The position numbers were made by a program, and so were the translations under genes. Positions 35,054 through 44,513 of a DNA stretch of 64,000 nt are shown here, piece by piece (position 1 is the first letter of the stretch; each line of letters opens with the position of its first letter). Origin of the DNA: a virus; IMG/VR virus record IMGVR_UViG_3300048817_000084. One strand, written 5' to 3'. The notes below the pieces were generated by a model, which saw only the letters and a list, made by a program, of their open reading frames with translations, made no database searches and was not told where the DNA came from.

Positions 35054-36015
35054 ACGAACTTACTCCACTACAGGCCCAGCAGCGGGAAAACATGCACGTG
35101 CTCTTTCCTCAGAGCGACGGGCGACGGGTAGCCAAAGACCCCGGGACGCGCCATACCAACTCGATGCGCGCAACGCTTGAGAAGCAAATTAAGCAGACCG
35201 GCTCCGATCGCCCTGTAACGTTGCTCAACCTCAACCCAATTGCGCTAAAGATCAATGGTGGCATGTTCCATCCGGAAGAGATACCTGCCTGCCCGCTGGA
35301 TCAGCCATATGTGGTTTACGTGTTTGGCCAAACAAGATGGGGGCACAAAGACAAGGGCGTCGGTCTGGACAACGTGCATCAGATCGACCCATTCCCGGAA
35401 ATTCCAAAAAGGCTAGCCGGCGAGTACATGCGTGAATACCAGCAGGAGAAGGATGGGTTTGGCGGCGTGCTCTGCTATGTAGGCGACCACCACCCATCGA
35501 CCATAAAGAAGGGCGAGATGGTCATGGTGCCTGTGGTCACCTACGTCGACGGGGATCTGGTCATGGACGAGGAGGAAAGAGACTTCCATCAATTGCTGGG
35601 GATAGTACGCACCAAGCGTAACCAGTCGCTCATGCGCGACATTCAAGAGGCTGTCAGCTGGCACGAGAACCCGGAGCAGGCCAAGAACGTCAACGATTCC
35701 CACCGCGATAAGGCAAGGATGGCGAAGCGGGAAGGATTGATCCCCGAGCTTCCACGCTTTTGTATGCATGAGAACCTATTGACGGAAAAGCAGCCGGACC
35801 CGTGCCCAGTCTGCGTGGCGATTCCGAAAGCCGGTGCCATCCTGTGCACCAACTGTAACCACGTTTTCAATCCGCTCGAGGCTTACCGCAATACAAAGAT
35901 CGCATACGGTGCCGTCGAGATGGACCGCATGACAGAGCTGGAATGGAAGATTGCAGACCAGTTAAAAGCGCAGAGGGATCATATCCGTGCGGGTCGCGGG
36001 GTTAAGGGCCAGTGA
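35044..36015 (+). CDS. hypothetical virion-module protein with CxxC-x11-CxxC (323 aa)
   Basis: Long ORF with a 10-nt overlap upstream. Motif PCPVCVAIPKAGAILCTNCNH. Confidence 0.55.
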   Translation: MAVNELTPLQAQQRENMHVLFPQSDGRRVAKDPGTRHTNSMRATLEKQIKQTGSDRPVTLLNLNPIALKINGGMFHPEEIPACPLDQPYVVYVFGQTRWGHKDKGVGLDNVHQIDPFPEIPKRLAGEYMREYQQEKDGFGGVLCYVGDHHPSTIKKGEMVMVPVVTYVDGDLVMDEEERDFHQLLGIVRTKRNQSLMRDIQEAVSWHENPEQAKNVNDSHRDKARMAKREGLIPELPRFCMHENLLTEKQPDPCPVCVAIPKAGAILCTNCNHVFNPLEAYRNTKIAYGAVEMDRMTELEWKIADQLKAQRDHIRAGRGVKGQ

Positions 36016-36716
36016 GCAGTTACACGGTCGGGCGGGTCAAGGGACGCGTACGGTCATTAGTGGACGATCCGCGCGCATCTTGGTGCACGGATGATTTTCT
36101 CATCCCGCTCGTCCAGGACTTGTACGAGGACTCCAGTTCCCAGCTTGTCTCCACGCAGAGCAGCTGGGACATCGGAGTGGTAGAGGTTCCCGGCATTCAG
36201 CCTGGTACACCCAACCTCTCAGCCCAGCAGGTAGCCGGCGGCATGCTCGCACAGCTTACCGACCAACCGTTGCGGATTGATTGGAAGCCGGCCGGACAGG
36301 CCGCGGCGTACTACCTGCTGATACCCAATTACGAGGTGCTGCCTGACATCCAGCCCGCGCAATACATGCTGGGCTGGGAGTATCGCAGCGATGTCATCTG
36401 GCTTACCCCGTGCACGATTGAGGTGGATCTGCGCATTCGCGGGGAATTTGATCCGCCCGACCTCAACGAAGACGCCAGCGTGCTTACGTCGCACCCGCGC
36501 ATCGGGCTAGCAGTCTCTTATGGGGTTGGATCACTGATCGGAGTAATCCGTGGAAACAAAGGATGGGAGACCAGCTACAACGCGAAGTATGAAGAAATTA
36601 TGGACGACATCATGACCGAGTTAGTCAGGTCAGAGCAGGGACAGATTAGGCGAATAGGCAGGCAATCAGGTCGCGGCGGTCGTGGTAGGGGCTTAAGCAT
36701 TCCAACAGCAAGTTAA
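36012..36716 (+). CDS. structural protein, adaptor/tubular-A-like by position (234 aa)
   Basis: GTGA overlap. Lies upstream of the large nozzle-like protein. Function is inferred from position only. Confidence 0.5.
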   Translation: MSSYTVGRVKGRVRSLVDDPRASWCTDDFLIPLVQDLYEDSSSQLVSTQSSWDIGVVEVPGIQPGTPNLSAQQVAGGMLAQLTDQPLRIDWKPAGQAAAYYLLIPNYEVLPDIQPAQYMLGWEYRSDVIWLTPCTIEVDLRIRGEFDPPDLNEDASVLTSHPRIGLAVSYGVGSLIGVIRGNKGWETSYNAKYEEIMDDIMTELVRSEQGQIRRIGRQSGRGGRGRGLSIPTAS

Positions 36717-36728
36717 AGGAGAAATAAA

Positions 36729-37103
36729 ATGGCATCAGTAGTGTCCTATATCAGCTACGAACATGCACCCGGAGGGTCGAAGGATTTTATCTTTAACTAC
36801 TCCATCACCGTCTCTGGAACCTACACCACAGCCTCAACCGGTGAGTCCATCGACTTGACAAAGGCGCTCAACCCGAACGGGATTGAACTGGATGACTTCC
36901 TTCCGGCCGCAGGCTTGGATGAGAAGTTCGTTGACATCCTAATTGCCAACGTCCAGGGTTATGGCGTCGGGGTGTCTGCGTACAGTGCTGGATTGTTCAA
37001 CTTGTTCTTCTACAGCGCTCCTGCCACCGAGTTGACTACGCAAACCTACCCAACAGCTATTTCTGGCGGCCAGGTGAACATTGCAGTCAGACACCGTGGC
37101 TGA
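36729..37103 (+). CDS. hypothetical structural protein (124 aa)
   Basis: AAGGAG RBS before the ATG. Beta-rich. Confidence 0.55.
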   Translation: MASVVSYISYEHAPGGSKDFIFNYSITVSGTYTTASTGESIDLTKALNPNGIELDDFLPAAGLDEKFVDILIANVQGYGVGVSAYSAGLFNLFFYSAPATELTTQTYPTAISGGQVNIAVRHRG

Positions 37104-37109
37104 TACAAT
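37081..37109 (+). promoter_or_regulatory. candidate sigma70-type promoter (TTGCAG-17-TGaTACAAT)
   Basis: The -35-like TTGCAG at 37081 is followed by a 17-nt spacer ending in TG, then TACAAT at 37104. It lies just upstream of the nozzle-like gene. Confidence 0.25.
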
Positions 37110-37180
37110 ATAGGGGCGTGCGTCACCTGCGAGAGAACCAGAACGCGAGAATACATGCGAAAGAAAAGAGCTAACGGCGC

Positions 37181-40100
37181 TTGAATTTTAGTGGAATGAC
37201 TCCGGCTCCGATCGCTCGATTCGGCGGCTACGTGGGCTCGGAAGATCCGACCGTGCTCCCGCTTGGCATAGCCGCGGTGGCGAAGAATGTTCGTTTCCAG
37301 CTTACCAGCGTGTTCACCCGGTATGGGCTGCAGACTGCGATGACCTCGCAAAATGCCGTCCCGATCAGTGGACTCGCATCGCTCATTTATACCCCGGAAA
37401 ATCCAGGCGAGACGCTGTTTCAGGTCCCGATGGTGTTCGATACTTCGGGGTTTTTGCTGGTCGAGCAGCCGGCTGGGAGTGGGAAGCTGATACGCGTGCA
37501 GGGACCTCTCGTCACGCAACCGGTGAATGCACACGCGATCGTGACAGAGGCCTACAACAGAGCTTTCGTGGCGTTCAGCAATTTGAAGACGCCGGTAGCT
37601 CCGATCAATGTTTACTCTCTGACGGATCGGTATTTAAGCCCTTATGGCCAGAAGCCGCTCGGAGGATCTTGGCTAGCTTCGACAGCATACGTGGTTGGGG
37701 AGTATGTTCAGCCCACAGTGGCGGGCGGTAACGGGCATCTATACCGATGCTCAGTTGCTGGCACCACTCAAGGCGGAGAGCCAACATGGCCCTTGCCTGA
37801 AGGCGGTACTGTTCAAGATGGTACTGCGAGTTGGACAGAATCAACCCCCGTACTCGTCAACAGATTACCATCACCCAACACGCCCAGCATCACACGCGAC
37901 AGCGGAGGAGGTACCTTTGCAGCGGGGCGAGACGTTTACCTACAAATTACGTTCACCAATTCCCAAGGTGAATCGATCGCGAGTGGTCCAGCGATCTTGG
38001 TGGCGACGGCGTCAAATGACGCGGTTCAAGTGGCAATCCCAACTCTGGCAAGCCTCGCTGGCTGGATTCGAGGACTCACCGCACCCTATGTGCCCACGGG
38101 ATGCAATCTGTATGAAGCAGACGTTGCCACGGGAGGAGCTGCACCATCCAGCGGAAGCTTTGCGCTCGTGGGAAGCTATGCGCTAGGGGCAATGGCTACA
38201 GTAACGGCAACGGCCAGTGGTGCAGCGCCATCCACAGCAAACACGGCGAGGGTGACCCCTGGAGGTCTGGCATCGCCGCCTGCACCAACCGCAGAACGAG
38301 CTTCCGGCGCAGGAGCCTTTCCTGCTGGTCGTGATGTTTATCTGGTAGCAACATTCACCAATTCTACCGGAGAAACGCTACCATCCGTAGCAGGATCTTT
38401 GCTGGACACCGTACTTAATGATGCAGTGCAAGTTCCTATACCGTCTACACTGTATCAAGTAACAGGAGTGAAGCTTTATGAGTGCGACGTTGCCACCGGA
38501 TCACCATCTCCAGCGACAAGTAGCTACGCTCTTGTCGGAACTTACCAACCCCTCAGTACCGCGACGATATCGGCCTCTGCTAGCGGTCCTCCCCCGCCAA
38601 CAAGTAACACGAGCGGATCTGCTGGAAATATTGCACCAGACTCTGCGGACGTAAGCGATACTGGGGTTCAGGGGTATCGGTATGCATCAATTGCTTTCAC
38701 TAACAGAAACGGCAATCTCAGCGGAACTGTCCCTGCATTCACGTCCATATTCGTTGATGTGCCAGGGTACGAGATTTACATGGCCAACATTCCGATTGGT
38801 CCCAATAACGTCATCAACCGTACGATTGGTCTCACCGTGGCCGACGGCACGAACGTGGGGCCTTTCTTCTACATCCCATCGGCTACGGTAAGCGCCAACA
38901 TCCCGATGACTGCAACGGTCATCCCAGACAACACAACCACGACAGCATTCTTCAATTTCACCGACGAGTTTCTTGAAGGCGAAACCAGCACAGACATGAC
39001 GGACCGGCTGCGCTGCATCCTGCCGCCGCCTGCTGTGGACGTATACTACTCGCCAAGCATTGATAGAATCGTACTTACAGGAGTTGGCGGCTATGGATCG
39101 GGACACTACATATCTCTTTCGGCTGATTCAGAGTCATACTACGGAGACACTAGCCCTATCCAAGTTGCTAACGGAAATGGACAACTCTGTATTTGCGCAC
39201 GCGAGTTTCAAGGTACAGTGTACAGCCTTAAAGAACGCTCTGGATTCACTATATCTCCAACTGCAACAGATCCCAGTACTTGGCAAGTCAATCAGCGTTG
39301 GGAAGGTGTTGGACCCTGCGGACCGCGGGCAGTCTGTGTAACCAACGACTTCCTGTTCTTTGTGCATCGCTCTGGTGCCTACGCATATAGCGCGGGTGCT
39401 CCTGCACCGCAAAGACTTTCCGACGAAATGCCGGACATTCCCGGCGGCCTGTGGTCCACGATCAACTGGGATGTGCAGCAGACCATTTGGGCCTGCGCGG
39501 ACGAAGAGAAGAAAGAGCTGCGCATCGGCGTACCTGTCAATGGTTCGCTGACCCCGAACCTGACCTTGACGCTGAATTACTCCGAAGGCTTGCAGGGCCC
39601 CATCAAGTTCACCGCGATGGATGGAAACGAGAAGTATGTGCCCGGCGGCCGCAAGTGGTCAATAGATGACATCGCCGGAAACTGTGCGGTCAAGGTAGAA
39701 CGTGCATTGCCGACACTTGCATCCCCCTTTGGCACCATGCGGCAGTCGCAGGTACTGATTGGCTCATCTTCGCCTGATGGAACTGTGCAAGCCGTGACGA
39801 TGGGGGTGTACCGAGATGGACAGCAAGGCATTGACTCGCGGTACAGAACTGCATGCCCGCCAACGCCAGGGATCAGCCAGCTTGGCGGCGTCAGCATTAA
39901 CGCTACAGGTGCCGGTGCGATGACTGTATCTGTGATGGTCGGCGGCCTATTCACCACGTCCCCGGGCATGGGCAACCAAGGCGCTCTCCCGACTGGAGAA
40001 GTCAAGATGCCAGATCATCACCTAACCCCAGAGCAGTGGAGCGCGTATGATGCTGGAGCTCGTGGAGTAAGCGACGAATGGTTCAGCATCGAATTCAGCA

Positions 40101-40192
40101 ACAATAAAACGCCCGACTCGTATTTCGGCGTAAAAGGCGCAGTGCTCTTCACCAGACCGCTATTCTCTGGACGTGCGGGGTCGGGCAGATAG
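37181..40192 (+). CDS. large tail (nozzle / tubular-B-like) protein with tandem FTN-GES modules (1003 aa; alternative ATG at 37196)
   Basis: Size and position match T7 gp12. Contains the motif HLYRCSVAGTTQGGEPTWP and two clear ~120-aa tandem repeats plus a third degenerate copy. Confidence 0.65.
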   Translation: MNFSGMTPAPIARFGGYVGSEDPTVLPLGIAAVAKNVRFQLTSVFTRYGLQTAMTSQNAVPISGLASLIYTPENPGETLFQVPMVFDTSGFLLVEQPAGSGKLIRVQGPLVTQPVNAHAIVTEAYNRAFVAFSNLKTPVAPINVYSLTDRYLSPYGQKPLGGSWLASTAYVVGEYVQPTVAGGNGHLYRCSVAGTTQGGEPTWPLPEGGTVQDGTASWTESTPVLVNRLPSPNTPSITRDSGGGTFAAGRDVYLQITFTNSQGESIASGPAILVATASNDAVQVAIPTLASLAGWIRGLTAPYVPTGCNLYEADVATGGAAPSSGSFALVGSYALGAMATVTATASGAAPSTANTARVTPGGLASPPAPTAERASGAGAFPAGRDVYLVATFTNSTGETLPSVAGSLLDTVLNDAVQVPIPSTLYQVTGVKLYECDVATGSPSPATSSYALVGTYQPLSTATISASASGPPPPTSNTSGSAGNIAPDSADVSDTGVQGYRYASIAFTNRNGNLSGTVPAFTSIFVDVPGYEIYMANIPIGPNNVINRTIGLTVADGTNVGPFFYIPSATVSANIPMTATVIPDNTTTTAFFNFTDEFLEGETSTDMTDRLRCILPPPAVDVYYSPSIDRIVLTGVGGYGSGHYISLSADSESYYGDTSPIQVANGNGQLCICAREFQGTVYSLKERSGFTISPTATDPSTWQVNQRWEGVGPCGPRAVCVTNDFLFFVHRSGAYAYSAGAPAPQRLSDEMPDIPGGLWSTINWDVQQTIWACADEEKKELRIGVPVNGSLTPNLTLTLNYSEGLQGPIKFTAMDGNEKYVPGGRKWSIDDIAGNCAVKVERALPTLASPFGTMRQSQVLIGSSSPDGTVQAVTMGVYRDGQQGIDSRYRTACPPTPGISQLGGVSINATGAGAMTVSVMVGGLFTTSPGMGNQGALPTGEVKMPDHHLTPEQWSAYDAGARGVSDEWFSIEFSNNKTPDSYFGVKGAVLFTRPLFSGRAGSGR

Positions 40193-41292
40193 TGGCGCTC
40201 GCATTGAATGGTGGCCAGATCAACGCGGCGGCAGGTAGCAATCAGGCCCTGCGTGAAACACTGCAAGCGATTGCCAACGAGTTTCAGTCTCAGTATGCCC
40301 AGACCGGCAGCGGACCGATTCAGAAGGTCGATGCGACTCCGGCAAAGAATCTTGGGCCGCCCGGACAATGCGCCCTGTCTGTAACTGGGGCCAACGGGAC
40401 GTTTACCGTCAACATCACTCTGCCACAGCAAGCATCTGGTTCGGCCAAGCCAGCCAACCCAACCAGCGCGCCGATCTATCAGGAGGTTTCTAGCTCTCCA
40501 GTCTCTAACTTCACCACCGGGCTGGTGGTCTATCCGATCACCGTAGCGTCATCAATGAGCTTTGACAACCCCGGCGCTACATTGTTTTGGAGGCTGCGGA
40601 GCACTTACGACCAGAGGACCTATACCTCGTACACCTATCAGCAGGGTGGGGCAGTTGCAGCGGGGCTGGACACATCGGCGGCGCATAATCCCAACCTGCT
40701 TTTGAATCAGTCAAATTTCGCCCGGATCGATTCAATTGGGGCAGGAGCTACGGCGACTATCCGCATATATGGAAGCGGCGGAGTCGGCACTTCATGGACT
40801 TCGATTCTCGGAGAAAACAGCAAGGTTATACCTGCGGGTACGCTGCTAAATGTCACATACGGCAGCACGGTTTATGTGGCATGGGACGGATCGCGCTATC
40901 AGATGAAATCCGATCTCACGCAGACCTTTGCCGATACTTGGCTCCCCGTGGGATCAACATCTGTAATTTCCAATGGCGCTGGCCTCGTGCTTCCGCTGAT
41001 CACCCCAGTCAGTACCAGCGGTCACATCATCGGGTATGACATCACAAATGGTGGGAACGATATCACTGGAACTCTTTCCTTCGCGATCGTCGACACCGGG
41101 GGCGGCACGGGCGCTACGGTTGGCCCGGCAACTATTTCGGCTGGCGTTCTTACCGCACTCGGAGCTGGCAACCCAGGAGCAAGTTATTCGGGAGCCACGA
41201 CCGTCACGGCGAGCGGCGGGATTAGTGGTGGCGTGGCTGGAGGGGGAGGCCCCACCGGTAACAACAACGGACGGCTCTACACAACCTCATGA
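40192..41292 (+). CDS. hypothetical virion protein (366 aa)
   Basis: GTG start overlapping the upstream TAG. Gly/Thr-rich C-terminus. No signal peptide. Confidence 0.55.
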   Translation: MALALNGGQINAAAGSNQALRETLQAIANEFQSQYAQTGSGPIQKVDATPAKNLGPPGQCALSVTGANGTFTVNITLPQQASGSAKPANPTSAPIYQEVSSSPVSNFTTGLVVYPITVASSMSFDNPGATLFWRLRSTYDQRTYTSYTYQQGGAVAAGLDTSAAHNPNLLLNQSNFARIDSIGAGATATIRIYGSGGVGTSWTSILGENSKVIPAGTLLNVTYGSTVYVAWDGSRYQMKSDLTQTFADTWLPVGSTSVISNGAGLVLPLITPVSTSGHIIGYDITNGGNDITGTLSFAIVDTGGGTGATVGPATISAGVLTALGAGNPGASYSGATTVTASGGISGGVAGGGGPTGNNNGRLYTTS

Positions 41293-41552
41293 GCTACCAA
41301 CTTCACCAGCAATATCTAGACCTGGCGAGCGGCTTTCATGTGATCGAGCTGCGTGACGAACGCGGCCACAAGCACCTGCTGCAGATCGCGGTAGGGCATG
41401 ACGCCTGCCCCGCATGCGGGGCCGTGCATCCGAAAACGAACCTTGGCGAACTGGACCCAACCGCAGCCATTGTCACGCACAACGAAGCGCTGAATACGTC
41501 GCAGCAGAACATGCTCGAATATGCCAAGAAGCACGGGCTTGTCGTGAAGTGA
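41289..41552 (+). CDS. hypothetical protein (87 aa)
   Basis: ATGA overlap. Contains a CPACG motif. Confidence 0.5.
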   Translation: MSYQLHQQYLDLASGFHVIELRDERGHKHLLQIAVGHDACPACGAVHPKTNLGELDPTAAIVTHNEALNTSQQNMLEYAKKHGLVVK

Positions 41553-41571
41553 TGTTCCACATGGAACATAA

Positions 41572-41985
41572 GTGAGGCTTTCATTTAGGACCGCCGTCCC
41601 GGAAGACCTACCAGCGATTCAGCAGTTACATCAAGATCAGCAGCAAGCACAGGGCACCTCATACGAGTTGCCTTTTTTGTTTGCGCGCAACATCCCGATT
41701 GCTCTTGTCGGCGTGGACGATGTCGGCGTAATTCGGCAGTGCTTTTACTGTGAGGCCGTCTGCGAACTCCGCTTTGTTGGATGTGATCCCCGCGCGACGG
41801 CTTTATCTCAGCGCGAGAGTGACGGGCTTTGTTACGTATTAAAGCTTATGGGCTATCGGTGGCTAGAAACCTACGTTCCGCGAAAGTTGAAAAAGATGAT
41901 TCAGAAACCGCTTCGACGTGCCGGATTTACCTGCGTTGATCAGGAGTTGGCGCACTTTACGCGCGATTTAAGGGAGAAACCATGA
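41572..41985 (+). CDS. possible GNAT-like acetyltransferase (137 aa)
   Basis: GTG start. Size, the N-terminal IRTAVPEDLPAI-type opening and the C-terminal RRAGF motif resemble GNATs. The acetyl-CoA motif is not clearly seen. Confidence 0.35.
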   Translation: MRLSFRTAVPEDLPAIQQLHQDQQQAQGTSYELPFLFARNIPIALVGVDDVGVIRQCFYCEAVCELRFVGCDPRATALSQRESDGLCYVLKLMGYRWLETYVPRKLKKMIQKPLRRAGFTCVDQELAHFTRDLREKP

Positions 41986-42560
41986 GCCGTGGGCAGGAAT
42001 CCAGCGTTGTCAACACCGCTTCGAGCCAGAATGCAACCAACTTTGGCAACGCTCAGTCTGCATACGGCAACACGCAGAGCGACATCGGGAACTATCAGAA
42101 CCAGCTGAACAAGTTTGTCTCCGGTAATCCGTACACGGCCGGTGGTGAATATTCGAGTACCATTAATCCCCAGCTGGCCAACGCCTCCGACGCCGGCGCC
42201 AACTCGCTCGCGGGCTCGCTTCAAAGCCAGGCTAAACGGACCGGGATGAACAGCGCAGCCAATGCGGCCACCGCAGCGAGTGGGGCGCAGGCGGACACTC
42301 GTGACCTATCCAGTGCTCTTGCCAGTTCCAACCAGAATCGCATCAGCAGCGAAGCCGGGTACAACCAGACCGCGCTTGGTGCTACATCCACGCCGATCAG
42401 TGCTGAATCTGGCTTATATGGAACTGCGGGCGGCCAAGCGAGTAGTGCGCTGGGAACACAGCAGTCTGCATCCACGCAACCAGGATTCTGGGATACCTTA
42501 GGCAACTCGTTCGCAGGCGCCTTGGGTCAGGCTAAGGGTGGTTCTGGAGGGCAGGGATAA
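41982..42560 (+). CDS. internal virion/ejection-like protein (192 aa)
   Basis: ATGA overlap. Low-complexity composition rich in Ser, Asn, Ala, Gly and Gln. Position matches T7 gp14. Confidence 0.5.
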   Translation: MSRGQESSVVNTASSQNATNFGNAQSAYGNTQSDIGNYQNQLNKFVSGNPYTAGGEYSSTINPQLANASDAGANSLAGSLQSQAKRTGMNSAANAATAASGAQADTRDLSSALASSNQNRISSEAGYNQTALGATSTPISAESGLYGTAGGQASSALGTQQSASTQPGFWDTLGNSFAGALGQAKGGSGGQG

Positions 42561-44513
42561 ATGGGCGGCTACAGCATTACAGACCCGACATACCAGGCAC
42601 TGAGCTCGAGCGACGACGACCCCAGAGCTATGCTTGCCAAGATCATGAGCCCATCGAGTGCAGCACAATTGGTCGGCCCGCCACCCGACAGCCCGCCCGC
42701 GCATCAGCCAGGTGTGTCGACGCCATTGACCGGAACCCTTGCTGCAGCCCCATCGCAGGCGGTCGCCAAAAACATGGACACCGCATCCGGCCGGCAAGCG
42801 TACAACACCCCGCAGCAGTCACCCATTGGAGGCCTTGCTACGGGCGTGTCTAACCCCCCAAATGGCGGCGACGTCAACAGCATCGTAAACCCGGTGCAGC
42901 CTGCGCCAATAGCGGCGCGCACCGCAGTTCAGCCTGCAAACACTGGTCGCTTCGGTGTTCAGCAGGTTCAACCTGCAGTTAGTCCGACCAACATGGGTCT
43001 GCCGCCCGCCGTGACGCCAGCCCCATATCAACCTGGCGTGCCTTTAGCTGCCCAGCAAGCGCAGCGGTTGCGGTCGTATAGCTCCGGGCCCGGTCCAGCA
43101 ATGTACGCCGCTTCTCAGTCGCCAGTAAGCACCGATCCGCGAAACCCTGACCCAAGCGCTTCTCTGCGGCCTGCTGGTAGTAGTGTTGCAGGACCTCAGC
43201 CCGTTTCACCTGCAGCGCCTACTCAGGTGCAGGGACCCTCTGCGCTGGATACCGCCCAAAGCAGGTTGGCGCAACTCACTAATTCCGGTAGCGGCGTGAG
43301 TCAGATTCAGAACCCATTCTTGCGAGGTTTGGCGCGGACGGCTGATGTCGCTGGTTCCATCCTTGCCCCAGGTGTTGCGGCCGCAATTCCAGGCACCACG
43401 CTTCACAATCAGCAGCTGATCGGACGCCAGCAGCAGATTGTCGGCAATGACCAGGCGCAACAGACGGTTGCGGCGCAACAGCAGGATATTCAGCAGCAAA
43501 CCGCCCAGCGCGCAGCGACGGCAGCCAAAGAGACCGCTATGGCTGGGGCGGACACCCCGCGGCCGGTAACCGCGCAGGAGGCCGTGCAGGCTGGGACCCC
43601 AGGTCTCGAAGGCAGCATTATGCGGCCCAGCGACATCGGTAGGCTCAACCAGCGTACGGTCCAAAACCAAGGCCAGATAGACAAGCAGGATGATCCGGAT
43701 TCGGTAGCCGCAAAGAATGCGCAATCGCTCGCGGATGTACGCCAGACGCAGCAGGTACTCAACAAGGCGAAGGCAGACGCCGCGAATGCAGATCCCAGCA
43801 CGCCCGCTGGCAGAATGGTCATAGCTAAACTTCGCGCGGCAGAGGACGGCCACTCTGCCGCCATGGTCCGCGCTCAGGCGCAGATGATCAATGCCCAGGC
43901 GGGAGCATTTGGCACGGTCAACGGGCAGGCGCTGCCGGGAGCGATGCTCACCGATCAGGGTCAGCCGGTCGGTTCCCACTTCCAATCAAACGTCAGGCCT
44001 ACCGGGGCAGAGCGCGGGAAGGGCGATCTGGCAACAAGCGCTAGGAAAGAAATCGGCACTATGCAGGCGATCGCCGAGAAGCATCCGGAATACTTTGGTC
44101 CCGGATATGGGCAGAGTCAGCAATTCCAGAAATGGATAGGTTCTCAAGATCCTGATGCCCAACGGTTCGCTACTGCTAAAGCGATCGCCGGCGAGCACGC
44201 TGCGGCGATGTTCGGGTCACACTCAAAAGAAGTCATCCAGCAAATTGACTCGGCACTTGGCTCGTTCCGCGATAACCCCGCCGCGGCTAAGGCAGCCATG
44301 GGTGAAGTGCTGGGCGCTACTGGTGTATTCGCCAAGGCCGGAACAATGAAAACCGTGGGTAGCAATGTGGCGGCCCAAGCGGTGCCTCAGAGAGATCCGA
44401 CCATGCTTTACGCGCGCGACCCAGGCGGTAAGCTGCACGCTTCCCCGAAAGAGGGCGCTAAACCTCTGCCGGCCGGCTGGAAGTATGATGTGCAGCCCGC
44501 AGGAGGCAAGTAG
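42561..44513 (+). CDS. internal virion/ejection-like protein (650 aa)
   Basis: Begins directly after the upstream TAA. Pro/Ala/Gln-rich. Position matches T7 gp15. Confidence 0.55.
   Translation: MGGYSITDPTYQALSSSDDDPRAMLAKIMSPSSAAQLVGPPPDSPPAHQPGVSTPLTGTLAAAPSQAVAKNMDTASGRQAYNTPQQSPIGGLATGVSNPPNGGDVNSIVNPVQPAPIAARTAVQPANTGRFGVQQVQPAVSPTNMGLPPAVTPAPYQPGVPLAAQQAQRLRSYSSGPGPAMYAASQSPVSTDPRNPDPSASLRPAGSSVAGPQPVSPAAPTQVQGPSALDTAQSRLAQLTNSGSGVSQIQNPFLRGLARTADVAGSILAPGVAAAIPGTTLHNQQLIGRQQQIVGNDQAQQTVAAQQQDIQQQTAQRAATAAKETAMAGADTPRPVTAQEAVQAGTPGLEGSIMRPSDIGRLNQRTVQNQGQIDKQDDPDSVAAKNAQSLADVRQTQQVLNKAKADAANADPSTPAGRMVIAKLRAAEDGHSAAMVRAQAQMINAQAGAFGTVNGQALPGAMLTDQGQPVGSHFQSNVRPTGAERGKGDLATSARKEIGTMQAIAEKHPEYFGPGYGQSQQFQKWIGSQDPDAQRFATAKAIAGEHAAAMFGSHSKEVIQQIDSALGSFRDNPAAAKAAMGEVLGATGVFAKAGTMKTVGSNVAAQAVPQRDPTMLYARDPGGKLHASPKEGAKPLPAGWKYDVQPAGGK

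Noticed and set aside
43206-43985. 259-aa minus-strand ORF opposite the 650-aa ejection-like gene.
   Set aside because: It is a low-complexity Arg/Leu-rich antisense artefact. The + frame is coupled to its neighbours and fits the module order.
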